A stretch of DNA of 64,000 nucleotides from Candidatus Sericytochromatia bacterium (GCA_035285125.1 JAYKHR010000145.1:1-64000); one strand, 5' to 3'. Counted from the stretch's first letter, positions 48,101-56,951 are shown. Translations and numbers: made by a program. Notes: generated by a model from the sequence alone, not told the origin.

Positions 48101-48871
48101 CAGCGGGTCCTTCTCCAGCAGCCTGCGCACGACGAGGGCCAGGCCTGGATCGAGGTCAGGGCACCGGACGGTCAGCGGCACCACGGGGGCCGTGAGGTGC
48201 GCCTGCAACACGTCGACGGCCCGGCCCCCCACGAATGGCGGCTCGCCGGCCAACAGTTCGTAGGCGACGGCCCCGAGGGCGTAGAGGTCGGCCCGGCGGT
48301 CGACAGGGCCTCGCTTGATGACCTCCGGGGCGAGGTACCACAGCGTGCCGGTGATGGGGCCCCCGGCGCGGCCCGCGAGCTCTGCGAGGCCGAAGTCCGT
48401 CAGCTTGAGCTGGCCGTCCGCCGTCAGGCGCAAGTTGGCAGGCTTGAGGTCGCGGTGAACGTAGCCCTGGGCGTGCACGGCGCCGAGCGCCGAGAGCAGC
48501 TGTCCCATCAGCTCCCGCACCCGCCCTCCCGGCAGGGGCGCCTGGCCGTCGAGCCCGGGCCCCTCGACCAGCTCCATCGTGAAGAAGGGCCGCCCGTCGA
48601 GCAACTCGCCGAACGCCAGCCCCTCGCAGCAGTGGGGGTGGCGGACCAGCTGCATCAGCCGGAACTCACGCCGGAAGCGCAGCAAGGCCGCCTCCCGCCC
48701 CTCATCAGGCAGGTTCGGGACCTTCATCGCCACGTCTTGCCCCATCTCCAGGTCCCGGACCTGCCAGACACGCCCGTAGCCCCCCCCACCGAGGGGCTGG
48801 ATCAAGGCGTAACGCGGCGGAAGCGGGAGGGACATGGGGGCGATCGGGGCTGCTTGTCTCTTTTCCATCAT
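45116..48871 (-). CDS. Ser/Thr protein kinase - STAND/AAA ATPase - TPR protein (paralog 3, more divergent)
   Basis: GAGG RBS before MMEKRQ; GGGGYG, VAMK, HRDLKPAN, DFG, APE; GPPGLGKS; LLDDWHW; long TPR-like tail. Confidence 0.9.
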   Translation of the reverse strand: MMEKRQAAPIAPMSLPLPPRYALIQPLGGGGYGRVWQVRDLEMGQDVAMKVPNLPDEGREAALLRFRREFRLMQLVRHPHCCEGLAFGELLDGRPFFTMELVEGPGLDGQAPLPGGRVRELMGQLLSALGAVHAQGYVHRDLKPANLRLTADGQLKLTDFGLAELAGRAGGPITGTLWYLAPEVIKRGPVDRRADLYALGAVAYELLAGEPPFVGGRAVDVLQAHLTAPVVPLTVRCPDLDPGLALVVRRLLEKDPLERFQNAFEALAALGFPIPDHFAESLLSSPLVGREQAQTLLTDRLNQVACGEAGATVLLHGPPGLGKSRLLEDLRSQAGIANVPVIRAASHEREGAPYATVVELLAAVWRALGPPEEDLAAVAPVLARLTPLPGVEPAPPLEAAGERRRLQAAVATLMEAHARRTGLLVLLDDWHWVEPLGRELLTNLMRVLAGVPVLFVLAGNYPPEGSDDWVAAVTAVPVMPLDEPAVGQVVAAMLGVAEPDPAFVARVAELTEGVPFVIAGLLEHLVTSGALAMRAGRWDTRVALSPGLVPRQLSALIVGKVDRLSPVPQRVARLLAVHGREAPAAWIAQAAALDDDGLLAALDELERRGILARDDGGAYGFVQPHFSDFLYANTAGDQLVALHQAVGRAIEAELVGLGPDGPQRTTGLAALAHHFQRAGDRERTARYALAAGLGHLGLQALAPADRLLKDAITALDEPGLSLAASERMSLRLQALHALARVRRGLGANHAARLLLAEALPLAAELGDRAAEAEVLADLAQVQRLLAAWDEALAAGERARALYAGLGDRVGVASASLHLSRTWLFTGQPAQAIALAEAALAEARATGEARLTAEALGHLGGLLLTYASGQAERGLRLLQEVIGLLPSLGDQGGLRDAHMLLGSAHQTMGDYGASARAYEQAQVLSEQLGAHAGVVAALANRALVALGVGDYHQAAQLSQAAYGRAMQMQNGYVLGIAQLVEALAAAHLGRPAEALPLLARAQALGAELSHRYLEVMARQGALELYLFVGDLAAAEGEAGSLVGLVDAGGGSDPALRLLAVRAELALRRDDEASAEALLAEALAAGTPAPGAHLRLLRARARLALHQEAWPLLRRLGVEGLVLSERLGVRPLVADMRSLLGEWALATGSPEATGHFRALLDVAEAMGAQVPRALALFGLAAARPYQPEAAGYAARAREVLLAAAVGLEPAAVEAFCEAPDRLRVAAGNYIAFSLPRTVVRGTGALLGLPSESW

Positions 48872-48973
48872 AGCCTCTTTTGGGAATGGCTGACGGCGCG
48901 GGATCGGGGCCTGGCTCGCCGGGTGGGGCGCCCCTGCCCCGCCGGGGTATGAGGGGGGCGAGGAGGGAGGGCC

Positions 48974-50791
48974 ATGGCCGCTGCTGACGTCTGGCGCCGC
49001 GCCTTGCTGGGCGCCTGCCTGCTGGCCTGCGGCGCGCCGTGGCCCGCGGTGGCGGCCCCCCCGAACGCCCGCGAGGCCCTGCGCCAGCTGCTGGCGCGAG
49101 AGTGGCAGTGGTCGCTGGCGCAGGACCCGCCGCTGGCCTCCGCGCTCGGCGACCGCCGCTGGAACGACCGCTGGCCCCAACACTCGGCAGCGGCGCGCAC
49201 GGCCAGGCTCACGCACCAGCGCCGCGTGCTGCAGGCGCTCGACGCCATCCCCGTCGCCCAGCTGCCCGCCGAGGCGCGCCTCGACCACACGCTCTTCCGC
49301 CGCAGCGTCACGGACTGGCTGGCCGGCCAGGCCGTCGGGGACGATCTGCTGCCCGTCACCCCCCTCGCCGGGCCGCAGGTCGACCACGCCCTGATCGACC
49401 TGCTGCGCTTCGAGTCCGAGCGGGACCACGTCGATTGGGTCGGGCGGCTGTGGGCCTTTCCAGGCCACGTCGAGGGCACCATCGCGCGGCTCGAGGCGGG
49501 CCGCCGCCGGGGCTTGGTGCTGGAGCGGGGCCTTGCCCGGCAGGTCGAGGCGCAGCTCGCCCGCGTCGCGACCAGCACGCCGCCCGAGGCCAGCCCCTTC
49601 TTCACGCCCCTGCGCCAGCTGCCCGCCGAGCTGCCGCCCGAGCGTCAGGCGGCGCTGCGGGCCGAGGGGCTCGCCGCCGTCCGCGAGGCCGTGCTGCCTG
49701 CGCTGCGGCGCCTGCACGCCTACTGGCAGACCACCTACATGCCAGCTGCCGCACCGCGCGTCGGGCTGGCCGCCGTGCCGGGGGGTGAGGCGCTGTACAG
49801 GCACCGGCTGCGCCTGCACACCACCACCACGAGCCCCGCCAGCGTGCTGCACGCGCGGGCCCTCGCGGAGGTGGCGCAGCTGCAGGCTGAGATGGACGAA
49901 GCCCGGCGCGCGACGGGGTTCCAGGGCACGCTGCCCGCCTTCTTCGAGGCGCTCGGCAAGGACGCCAGGCTCCACCACCCCACGCGGCAGCGGGCCCTCG
50001 CCGAGCACGAGCTGCTGGTGCGGCGCCTGGAGCAGGTCACGCCGCGGCTCTTCCGGGGGCAGCCGCTGCCGCCGTGCCAGGTCCTGCCGGTGCCCGACAC
50101 GCTGGGGCCCGGCGCGCCCGCGGCCTACTACCTGCCGGCCTCGCTCGACGGCGCCCGTGGCGGGGCCTTCTTCGTGAACCTGTTCGACCTCTCGCGCCGG
50201 CCCACCTACGAGATGGTGCCGACGGTGCTGCACGAGGCCGTGCCGGGACACCACCTGCAGCTGACCAGGCAGCAGGCCCGCGCGGACCTGCCCGAGTTCC
50301 GCCGCCACGGCCGCCACAGCGCCTACGTGGAGGGCTGGGGGCTGTACGCCGAGTCCCTCGGCGAGCCCCTCGGGCTCTACCAGAACCCCTACGCACGGTT
50401 CGGCCGGCTCAACATGGCGATGCGCCGGGCCCTGCGGGTGGTGCTCGACACGGGGCTGCACGCCGGGGGGTGGGATCGGGAGCAGGCCATCGCCTTCTAC
50501 GCCGCCCACGCCGCCCGCCCCCGCCCGGCGATCGCCGAAGAGGTCGACCGCTTCCTCGCTGACCCCGGGCAGGCCACGGCCTACAAGGTGGGCGAGTGGC
50601 AGCTGCTCGCGCTGCGGCAGCGGGCCCGGGAGGCCCTCGGCGCCGGCTTCGACCTCCGGGACTTCCACGAGGCCGTGCTGCGCGACGGCGCCGTCCCCCT
50701 CGACGTGCTGGAGGCCCGCTTCGAGGGGTGGCTCACGTCCCAGCCGCGGGTACATGGCCAGCGGCGGAACGTCCGCCAGGAGGGACCATGA
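48974..50791 (+). CDS. DUF885-family secreted protein (putative metallopeptidase)
   Basis: LHEAVPGHHLQ, AYVEGWGLYAE, RALRVVLDTGLH, PGQATAYKVG. Confidence 0.92.
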   Translation: MAAADVWRRALLGACLLACGAPWPAVAAPPNAREALRQLLAREWQWSLAQDPPLASALGDRRWNDRWPQHSAAARTARLTHQRRVLQALDAIPVAQLPAEARLDHTLFRRSVTDWLAGQAVGDDLLPVTPLAGPQVDHALIDLLRFESERDHVDWVGRLWAFPGHVEGTIARLEAGRRRGLVLERGLARQVEAQLARVATSTPPEASPFFTPLRQLPAELPPERQAALRAEGLAAVREAVLPALRRLHAYWQTTYMPAAAPRVGLAAVPGGEALYRHRLRLHTTTTSPASVLHARALAEVAQLQAEMDEARRATGFQGTLPAFFEALGKDARLHHPTRQRALAEHELLVRRLEQVTPRLFRGQPLPPCQVLPVPDTLGPGAPAAYYLPASLDGARGGAFFVNLFDLSRRPTYEMVPTVLHEAVPGHHLQLTRQQARADLPEFRRHGRHSAYVEGWGLYAESLGEPLGLYQNPYARFGRLNMAMRRALRVVLDTGLHAGGWDREQAIAFYAAHAARPRPAIAEEVDRFLADPGQATAYKVGEWQLLALRQRAREALGAGFDLRDFHEAVLRDGAVPLDVLEARFEGWLTSQPRVHGQRRNVRQEGP

Positions 50792-51315
50792 GCCGTTCAT
50801 TCAGCTGGCCCAACCTCGCCGCGGCGTTCGCCGCCGTCGGGCTGCTGGCCGTGGGGCTGTCGTGGGGCCTCCAGCCGGCCACCCCGGGGGCAGGGGGGCT
50901 CGCCGTGGGCGGCCCGGCCCCGCCGCTGGTGGGCAAGACCCTCGCGGGCCCCACCTTCGACCTGGCCGCGTTGCGTGACAAGCGAGCCGCGCTGGTGGTG
51001 TTTTGGGCCTCCTGGTGAGGGGGCTGTCGTGCGGAGGCTCCGCACGTCGAGGCGCTGCACCGCGCTTACAAGGACCGCTCGCTCGCCGTGGTGGGCGTGA
51101 ACCTGCAAGACACGCCCGAGGGGCGTGAGGCCGTGATCCGCGAGGCCGGCCTCAGCCACCCGCAGGTGCTCGACGACGGTGGCGCCCTCGCCCAGGCCTA
51201 CGGGGTGCGCGCCCTGCCGACGGTGGTGCTGCTCGACCGGCAGGGCGTGGTGCGGCACGTGGGGCATGGGCTGCCAGAGCGAGACGTGCTGGAGCGGGTG
51301 GTGGCCGGACCTTGA
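50788..51315 (+). CDS. Membrane-anchored TlpA/ResA-like redoxin, probable selenoprotein (UxxC)
   Basis: Single frame ATG 50788 to TGA 51313-51315 with one in-frame TGA at 51016-51018 in VFWASW-U-GGC; downstream VVGVNL, YGVRALPTVVLLDRQG. Confidence 0.88.
51028..51046 (+). promoter_or_regulatory. Putative bacterial SECIS hairpin
   Basis: CGTGCGGA-GGC-TCCGCACG, stem starts 9 nt after the UGA, G-containing apical loop. Confidence 0.7.
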
Positions 51316-51426
51316 GGGCGCGTCCGGCCAGGAGGCCTTGGGCGTGGCCTCAGGCAGCGTCACTTTTTCGCCAGGACGTGAACAAGTCCTGCCCCCCTCG
51401 GGCCTATACCATCGAAGGGGTGCCCC

Positions 51427-52821
51427 GTGCGCCCCCTGTGCCACGCTCGCCCTCGGAGGTCCTCCTTGCTTCGCCGCCTCACGTCGCTCGCCGTCCTCGC
51501 GCTCACCCTGGGGGCGTGTGCCGCGGGGCCTCGCCCCGGGGCCTCGCTGCCGACGGGGACAGGGGCCACGGCGCAGTCGGCCGCGGCGGACCCGGCCGGC
51601 CTCGATATGCCCACCTACATCCGGCTGACCACCGGGCTGCTCGCCGACGCCCTGCGCGCGGGCGACGCCACCACCGTGAGGCTGTTCACGGCCTATGCCG
51701 AGGGCCAGGACCCACAGCCGGACGCCAGCCGGGCCATTGCCAAGGCGGCGCTCGCAGCCGTGCCGGAAGGCGCCACGGAGGCAGTTGGCCTGCGCGCCTC
51801 GGTGGCCCGCATCGCCGCTGGGGACCTTGGCGTCAGGTCGGCCAGCGAGCCGACGGGCATCACCTTCCCCGCCGACGAGGGCGACCACCCGCGGGCGCTG
51901 ACGGAGTGGTGGTACCTCAACGGCCACCTCGAGACCAAGGGCCTCGGGCCGCTCAAGCGCCGCTTCGGCTACGAGTTCACGCTCTTCAAGGCCGGCGCCC
52001 TGCTGCACTGGGCGCATGTCGCCGTCACGGACGTGACCTTGAAGAGGTTCCGCTACACGCGGGAGTTCATCCCGGCGAAGCAGGCCAAGGGGGCCATCGG
52101 GCGGCTCGCGCAGGGCTACGGCCCGCACTCGCTGGAGGGCGTGGGGCCGAGCGTGTATGCGCTGGCGAGCGGCTTCGGCGACAGCGGGCTGGACCTGCGG
52201 CTGACCTCCCAGAAGGCCCCCCTGCTGATCGGCGGCAACGGGAAGATCGACATGCCCGAGGGCAAGGACTCCTGGTACTACAGCCAGACGCGCCTGACGG
52301 CCACGGGCGCCGTGGTGGTGGGCGGCGAGCGCAAGGAGGTCACGGGCGTCTCCTGGCTCGACCACCAGTGGGGGCCGTTCTTCGTCTCGGGCTTTGCGGA
52401 CCGCTGGGACTGGTTCGCGCTGCAGTTCGACGACGGCACCGAGTACAACCTCTTCGGCTTCCGCAGCGCCAGCGGCCAGGCAGGCAACCGCCACGTGAAC
52501 CGGAGCGGGAGCGACGGCCGCGGCACTGCCGGCACCCGCTTCACCATGGAGCGCCTAGACTGGTGGCGCAGCCCGCAGACCGGGATGTACTACACCACCG
52601 ACTGGCGCATCGGCCTGCCCGAGACGGGCGAGACGGTGGAGGTCGCGGCGCTGGTGCAGGACCAGGAGCTCGCCCGCCGCAAGGCCTTCCTGGCCGACCC
52701 GCTGCCGAACTACTGGGAGGGCGCCATGAGCGCGGTGAAGCACACGGCGGACGGCAAGGCCGTGAAGGGCGTGGCTTACTGCGAGCACTTTGGCTTCAAG
52801 AGCCCGTCCGGCCCGCGCTGA
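51427..52821 (+). CDS. AttH/CrtC-like (lipocalin-like) lipoprotein
   Basis: Lipobox LGAC; FPADEGDH..EWWYLNGHL, SWYYSQTRL, WLDHQWG, WDWFALQFDDG, YWEG. Confidence 0.88.
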   Translation: MRPLCHARPRRSSLLRRLTSLAVLALTLGACAAGPRPGASLPTGTGATAQSAAADPAGLDMPTYIRLTTGLLADALRAGDATTVRLFTAYAEGQDPQPDASRAIAKAALAAVPEGATEAVGLRASVARIAAGDLGVRSASEPTGITFPADEGDHPRALTEWWYLNGHLETKGLGPLKRRFGYEFTLFKAGALLHWAHVAVTDVTLKRFRYTREFIPAKQAKGAIGRLAQGYGPHSLEGVGPSVYALASGFGDSGLDLRLTSQKAPLLIGGNGKIDMPEGKDSWYYSQTRLTATGAVVVGGERKEVTGVSWLDHQWGPFFVSGFADRWDWFALQFDDGTEYNLFGFRSASGQAGNRHVNRSGSDGRGTAGTRFTMERLDWWRSPQTGMYYTTDWRIGLPETGETVEVAALVQDQELARRKAFLADPLPNYWEGAMSAVKHTADGKAVKGVAYCEHFGFKSPSGPR

Positions 52822-52824
52822 GCG

Positions 52825-53195
52825 CTTGGACCACTCAACCCGGGCGGATTTGGCCGCCCCCGACAGGGGCTGACTTCGCCGCCTCCCATCAGGCAGAGAG
52901 GGTTGGCGCTGGCTTTCACACCGCTGGTGACCCCCGGCAGCCGCTCCCGTCCCCCGGGAGGGCGAGACCGCAGGCCAGCTGAGGGCTGTCGCCCCTGATT
53001 CCGCGCTAGGGGGTTGAAACGATCACGCTGTGCGGATGTGGCCACACCCATTGGGTGCAGGCATCATCGCCCCCCTCTCCCCGGCTCGCCGGGGAGAGGG
53101 GACCGCGTTTTCCGGCGGCAAGCATCCCCACAGCCGGCCGGTAGCCTCGCTCGACAGCTACTGCGGAGTCAGGGGTCGCAGAATCAAGGTGAGCC
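52825..53195 (+). ncRNA. Unassigned highly structured intergenic RNA candidate
   Basis: Nested long-range stems (52992-53004/53163-53175; 53027-53039/53122-53134; 52861-52866/52986-52991; 52908-52913/52974-52979) and local hairpins; G-U pairs favour the + strand. Confidence 0.5.
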
Positions 53196-53222
53196 CCCCG
53201 CCCGTCGGGGTACGAAGGCCCC

Positions 53223-54293
53223 ATGGCCAGTGCCCGCAAGCAGCAAGCCCCACGCCTCCCAGCCCCCGTGCGCAAGGCCGCACCGGCCGCGCCCCCCGGC
53301 CGCTGGTCGCTGCTGATGCCCCGGCAGCGGGCGCTGTTCTACGAGCAGCTGGCCCGCATGCTGAAGTCAGGCCTGCCCGCCGGTGCGGCGATGGAGAACG
53401 TGCTCCGCACCCCCTGGCCCCCTGCCCTCCGGGCCGTCGCGCAGGACCTCTCCAGCCAAACCAACGCGGGCGGGGCGCTCGCGGAGGTGCTGAAGCGCCA
53501 CGCGCCCCTCATCGACGCGTTCGAGGCAGCCTACCTCGAGGCGGCCGAGACGGCGGGCACCGTGTCGGAAGGCTTCGGCGACCTCGCGAGGCGCCATTGG
53601 CAGGCCCACGAACAGCTGGTTCGCTTCGCCGGCAAGCTGGTTTACCCCGTGTGCCTGCTGGTCGCCGCTGCGGTGCTGGGCCCCCTCCACGTCGCCTTCG
53701 CGGGTGACGTCGCCGGCTACCTCGGGCAGGTCACCCGGCCCCTGGCAAGCCTGGCACTCGGGCTCGGCGGCGCCGCCTGGGTGGCGCTGGCTCCCGGGAC
53801 AGCCCCCCTGCGCGGGCGGCTTTACGGGCTGGGCACGCGCCTGCCGTTCATCGCCCCGATGCTGCGCAGGCTCGCCATCGCGCAGCTCGGCCAGCTGATG
53901 GCCAGCTCCTTCCGCGCCGGCCTCCCAGCGAGCACCGTGCTCGGGCTGGCGGCGGCGGCCATGCCCGACCCCGAGGTGGCGGCCGCCTGTCGCGCGGTGG
54001 AGGCGGGCATCCAGCGGGGGGAGACGGTCGCGCTGGGCCTCTCGCGCCACCCGGAGGTCTTCCCGCACGAGTTCCTCTCCGTGGTGGAGACGGGCGAGCA
54101 GGCGGGCCGCCTCGACGAGTCCCTGGGCGCTGCGAGCCAGCTGTGGCAGGAAGACGCCGATCGCGCCCGTGACAACCTGGCGCGGGTCGCCACGGGCGGG
54201 CTGGTGGCCGTCGCCCTCGTCATGGTCGCCCTCATCATCTTGCAGATCGGGCTCGGCATCATCGGGAACGTGAACCAGGTGCTCACCCAGTGA
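53223..54293 (+). CDS. Type II secretion system F / PilC-family inner membrane platform protein
   Basis: FYEQLARMLKSGLP, EAAETAGTV, LVYPV, VETGEQAGRLDESL (two GspF repeats). Confidence 0.88.
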   Translation: MASARKQQAPRLPAPVRKAAPAAPPGRWSLLMPRQRALFYEQLARMLKSGLPAGAAMENVLRTPWPPALRAVAQDLSSQTNAGGALAEVLKRHAPLIDAFEAAYLEAAETAGTVSEGFGDLARRHWQAHEQLVRFAGKLVYPVCLLVAAAVLGPLHVAFAGDVAGYLGQVTRPLASLALGLGGAAWVALAPGTAPLRGRLYGLGTRLPFIAPMLRRLAIAQLGQLMASSFRAGLPASTVLGLAAAAMPDPEVAAACRAVEAGIQRGETVALGLSRHPEVFPHEFLSVVETGEQAGRLDESLGAASQLWQEDADRARDNLARVATGGLVAVALVMVALIILQIGLGIIGNVNQVLTQ

Positions 54294-54302
54294 GGCCAGG
54301 CC

Positions 54303-55778
54303 TCACAGGCGCGTCACGGTGAGCAGCTGGGGCGGGGTGCAGTCCGCCGGGTAGACCAGGGTCAGGCGGCCGTCCGTCCGCCACCCCGGTGGCACCGTGA
54401 CGGTGGCAAAGGGCACCCCCTGCTCGCCCTGGCGCAGCGCGAGGTGCGAGAGCACCCGGCGCGGCTGGCCGGGCCCCTCGTCCCAGTCGAAGCGCACGGG
54501 CCCGCGAAAGGTCGTGAGGGGGCCGGGCTTCGGGGCGTACGTGGGGAGCGCCGGCTTGCCCTCGGGGATCCGGACGGGATGAGAGAGGGCCAGGGCGTAA
54601 CGTCGGGGGGTGGCGTCCGGGTTGTCGAGGGGCACGCGCAAGTCGTAGGTGACACCGTAGCTGCCGTGCGCCTCCGGGGGCACGTCCGGGTAGCGGCGCG
54701 CCATGGGCGGGGCCTGGACCTGCCGCGTGCCGAGGGTGTTCAAGGCCACGGTGGCGATCGGGAAGCCCACCCAGGCGCCAGGCGCCGTCAGCACCGCCGA
54801 GGCCCGCTCGAACAGCTGGCCCGTCCAGCGCGACCCGAGGCTGACGCCCGACACCCGGCCGTAGGTGAAGCTGCCCCCGCTCGGCGGGGAGCCGGGCGGG
54901 TACACGGTGGCCTGGCGCTCGGGTGGGCCTGCCCGCTTCCCGTCACGCAGGACGGCGAGGAACTCGTCGGCCGACGGCCGGTTGCCCACCCGGCCGAACA
55001 GGGCGACGGCGGCGAGCCGCACGGGACCGTCGGCCCGGAAGCGGAACAGACCGGAGCGCGCGTTGCGCGAGGGCAGGCCGAAGTTCTTGGCGGGAATCGC
55101 CTCGCTGAACAGCACCGTGGGCGTCTGCACGGGGATCGTCCAGCTGTCCGGCTTCACGCTGGACCGCCCGGACAGCCAGTCGACGGCGACGCGGCTGCCG
55201 GGCCCCGAGAAGACGGCCCCCCGGGCATCCTCCACGAGCGGCTCCAGCTCGATGAAGGGCGCGTCGGTGGTGAGCCAGCTGGCCCCAGCCTCCAGCTTCA
55301 GGCCCGCCGGGCTCGGGCCGTCGGCATCCGCGATCAGGGCCAGCCAGCAGGCGTCGTTGCCGTCGAGGAAGGCCGTCTCGGCGATGTGGTGCCAGAAGAC
55401 GTCGAAGGGACCGTCGATGGCGTGGTCGAGGCCCGAGCTGCCCCCCGCGAGGGTGGAGGCGAGGACCCCGCTGGCCCGCAGCAACTCGGGGTTGTTGACG
55501 TTGAGCACGGGCACCTCGTCCAGCCCGCCCGGCAGCGGGAGGATGGCCCGGCCGACCTCAGCCGGCGGGCTGGTCGAGCCGGGCGCGGGGGGCTCAGCTG
55601 GTACCACCGAGCCGGGCTGCGCTGGCTCTGGCGGCACCGGCCCCCCCCCGAGGGGCGGACTCAAGGGAGGCGGCGGCTGCGCCGGGGAGGCCACCAGCGC
55701 GGGCGCCGCAGGAGAGGCGCACCCGGCCAGCAGGCCCGTGGTAAGCAGCCAGCGCGCCTGGCGCCCAGGGCGGGTCAT
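54303..55778 (-). CDS. DUF3370-like lipoprotein
   Basis: Lipobox LAGC; LPGGLDEVPVLNVNNPE, YGRVSGVS, AHGSYGVTYDL, YPADCTPPQLLTV. Confidence 0.8.
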   Translation of the reverse strand: MTRPGRQARWLLTTGLLAGCASPAAPALVASPAQPPPPLSPPLGGGPVPPEPAQPGSVVPAEPPAPGSTSPPAEVGRAILPLPGGLDEVPVLNVNNPELLRASGVLASTLAGGSSGLDHAIDGPFDVFWHHIAETAFLDGNDACWLALIADADGPSPAGLKLEAGASWLTTDAPFIELEPLVEDARGAVFSGPGSRVAVDWLSGRSSVKPDSWTIPVQTPTVLFSEAIPAKNFGLPSRNARSGLFRFRADGPVRLAAVALFGRVGNRPSADEFLAVLRDGKRAGPPERQATVYPPGSPPSGGSFTYGRVSGVSLGSRWTGQLFERASAVLTAPGAWVGFPIATVALNTLGTRQVQAPPMARRYPDVPPEAHGSYGVTYDLRVPLDNPDATPRRYALALSHPVRIPEGKPALPTYAPKPGPLTTFRGPVRFDWDEGPGQPRRVLSHLALRQGEQGVPFATVTVPPGWRTDGRLTLVYPADCTPPQLLTVTRL

Positions 55779-55806
55779 CGGCCCGAACCCTCTTTAAAGC
55801 GGCGCG

Positions 55807-56796
55807 TCAGCGGGCGCCGAAAGGGAAGGGCATCCGCCAGCCGCGGGCGCTGGCGCGGCCCTCAACCATGCCGCCGGTGATCACGAGGCGCTCGCCCAGC
55901 TTCGCCGCCACGGCGCCGTGCAGGGCCACGGGCAGCGGGGCCCGCGTGGTCCAGGCGCCGTCGCCGAGGCTGAAGGACTCGACGACCTCCGTCGCACCGC
56001 CGGCGGCCTTGCCCCCGAGCACGAAGAGGTGGTGGCCATAGACGGCAAAGGCCGCGTGCGAGCGGGCAGTGGGCATCGCAGGCCCCTTGGTCCAGACGCC
56101 CCGATCCAGATCGTAAAGCTCGAGGGCCCCCGTCGGGCCCGCCTCCGTCCGGCCGCCGACCACGACGAGGCGCTGGCCGAGCCGAGCCGCCACGGCCCCC
56201 GTGCGGGCCGTGGGCATCGCCGGGAGCTGCCGCCAGCTGCGGTCCCGCACGTCAAAGACCTCGAAGGCGGCCGTCGGGCGCCCCGCAGCCGTGCCGCCGG
56301 CGACGTAGGCAAACACCCCGTGGCTGGCGGCCGCGGCGTCATGGCGCGCGGTCGGCATCGGGCTCTGGCGCTCCCAGGCCCCGGCAACCTGGCTGTAAAG
56401 CTCGACGGTGGCCAAAGACACCCCGCCCGCCTGGCCCCCGATGGCGAGCACGCGCTCGGCCGGCACCACCACGGCGGAAAGCCCGGTCCGCGCGGTGGGG
56501 AGGGCAGGCAAGGCGGACCACTGATCGAAGGCGCGGAACGCCTCTGCCCGGTCGAGGGCCCGCCGGCCGTCCGGGCTGCCGCCGAGGACGTGCAGGGTCA
56601 ACCCGACGGGAGCCGCAGCAGCCCCCACCCGCGCCGTCGGGGCGTCAGGGATCGGTTGCCAGGCGTCCGTCGCGCGGGCCCCGAGCCGCTCGGCGCGCTG
56701 GCCGGCGAGGCCAGCCACGGAGGTGCCACAGCCCACCAGCGTGAGCGCACAGCTCGCGGCGAGCAGGATCATCCAGGGGGCACGTCGGAAGGTCAT
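55807..56796 (-). CDS. Kelch-repeat beta-propeller lipoprotein
   Basis: Lipobox LVGC; repeats of MPTAR...GG...E.YD...W. Confidence 0.92.
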   Translation of the reverse strand: MTFRRAPWMILLAASCALTLVGCGTSVAGLAGQRAERLGARATDAWQPIPDAPTARVGAAAAPVGLTLHVLGGSPDGRRALDRAEAFRAFDQWSALPALPTARTGLSAVVVPAERVLAIGGQAGGVSLATVELYSQVAGAWERQSPMPTARHDAAAASHGVFAYVAGGTAAGRPTAAFEVFDVRDRSWRQLPAMPTARTGAVAARLGQRLVVVGGRTEAGPTGALELYDLDRGVWTKGPAMPTARSHAAFAVYGHHLFVLGGKAAGGATEVVESFSLGDGAWTTRAPLPVALHGAVAAKLGERLVITGGMVEGRASARGWRMPFPFGAR

Positions 56797-56951
56797 GGCC
56801 TGCTCCAGTCGGGTTCGGGCCCGAGCGCAAAAGTGTTTAAGCGGTGGTAAAATTGGGCTTAAATTGTGACGTCAAAACGCCTTGGCTGTCAACCCGTCGG
56901 GCGTGGCCTGGCGGCGGGTATGATGATCGCGGAAGCACCCTGGAGGAATCG

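Noticed and set aside
45116..50800. 1894-aa ORF as one giant protein
   Set aside because: The first ~640 codons are the antisense shadow of the DUF885 gene; the real kinase starts at about 48871 with its own RBS
50788..51315. Redoxin pseudogene or two separate ORFs (50596-51018, 51088-51315)
   Set aside because: The sole stop is a TGA at the catalytic Cys position with a downstream hairpin and intact flanks; selenocysteine is the better explanation
52825..53200. tmRNA, RNase P RNA, SRP RNA, tRNA-Sec, group II intron, TPP or cobalamin riboswitch
   Set aside because: Size fits tmRNA or RNase P, but no T-loop/CCA end, GAGGAAAGUCC, SRP loop, domain V or full riboswitch consensus was found on either strand
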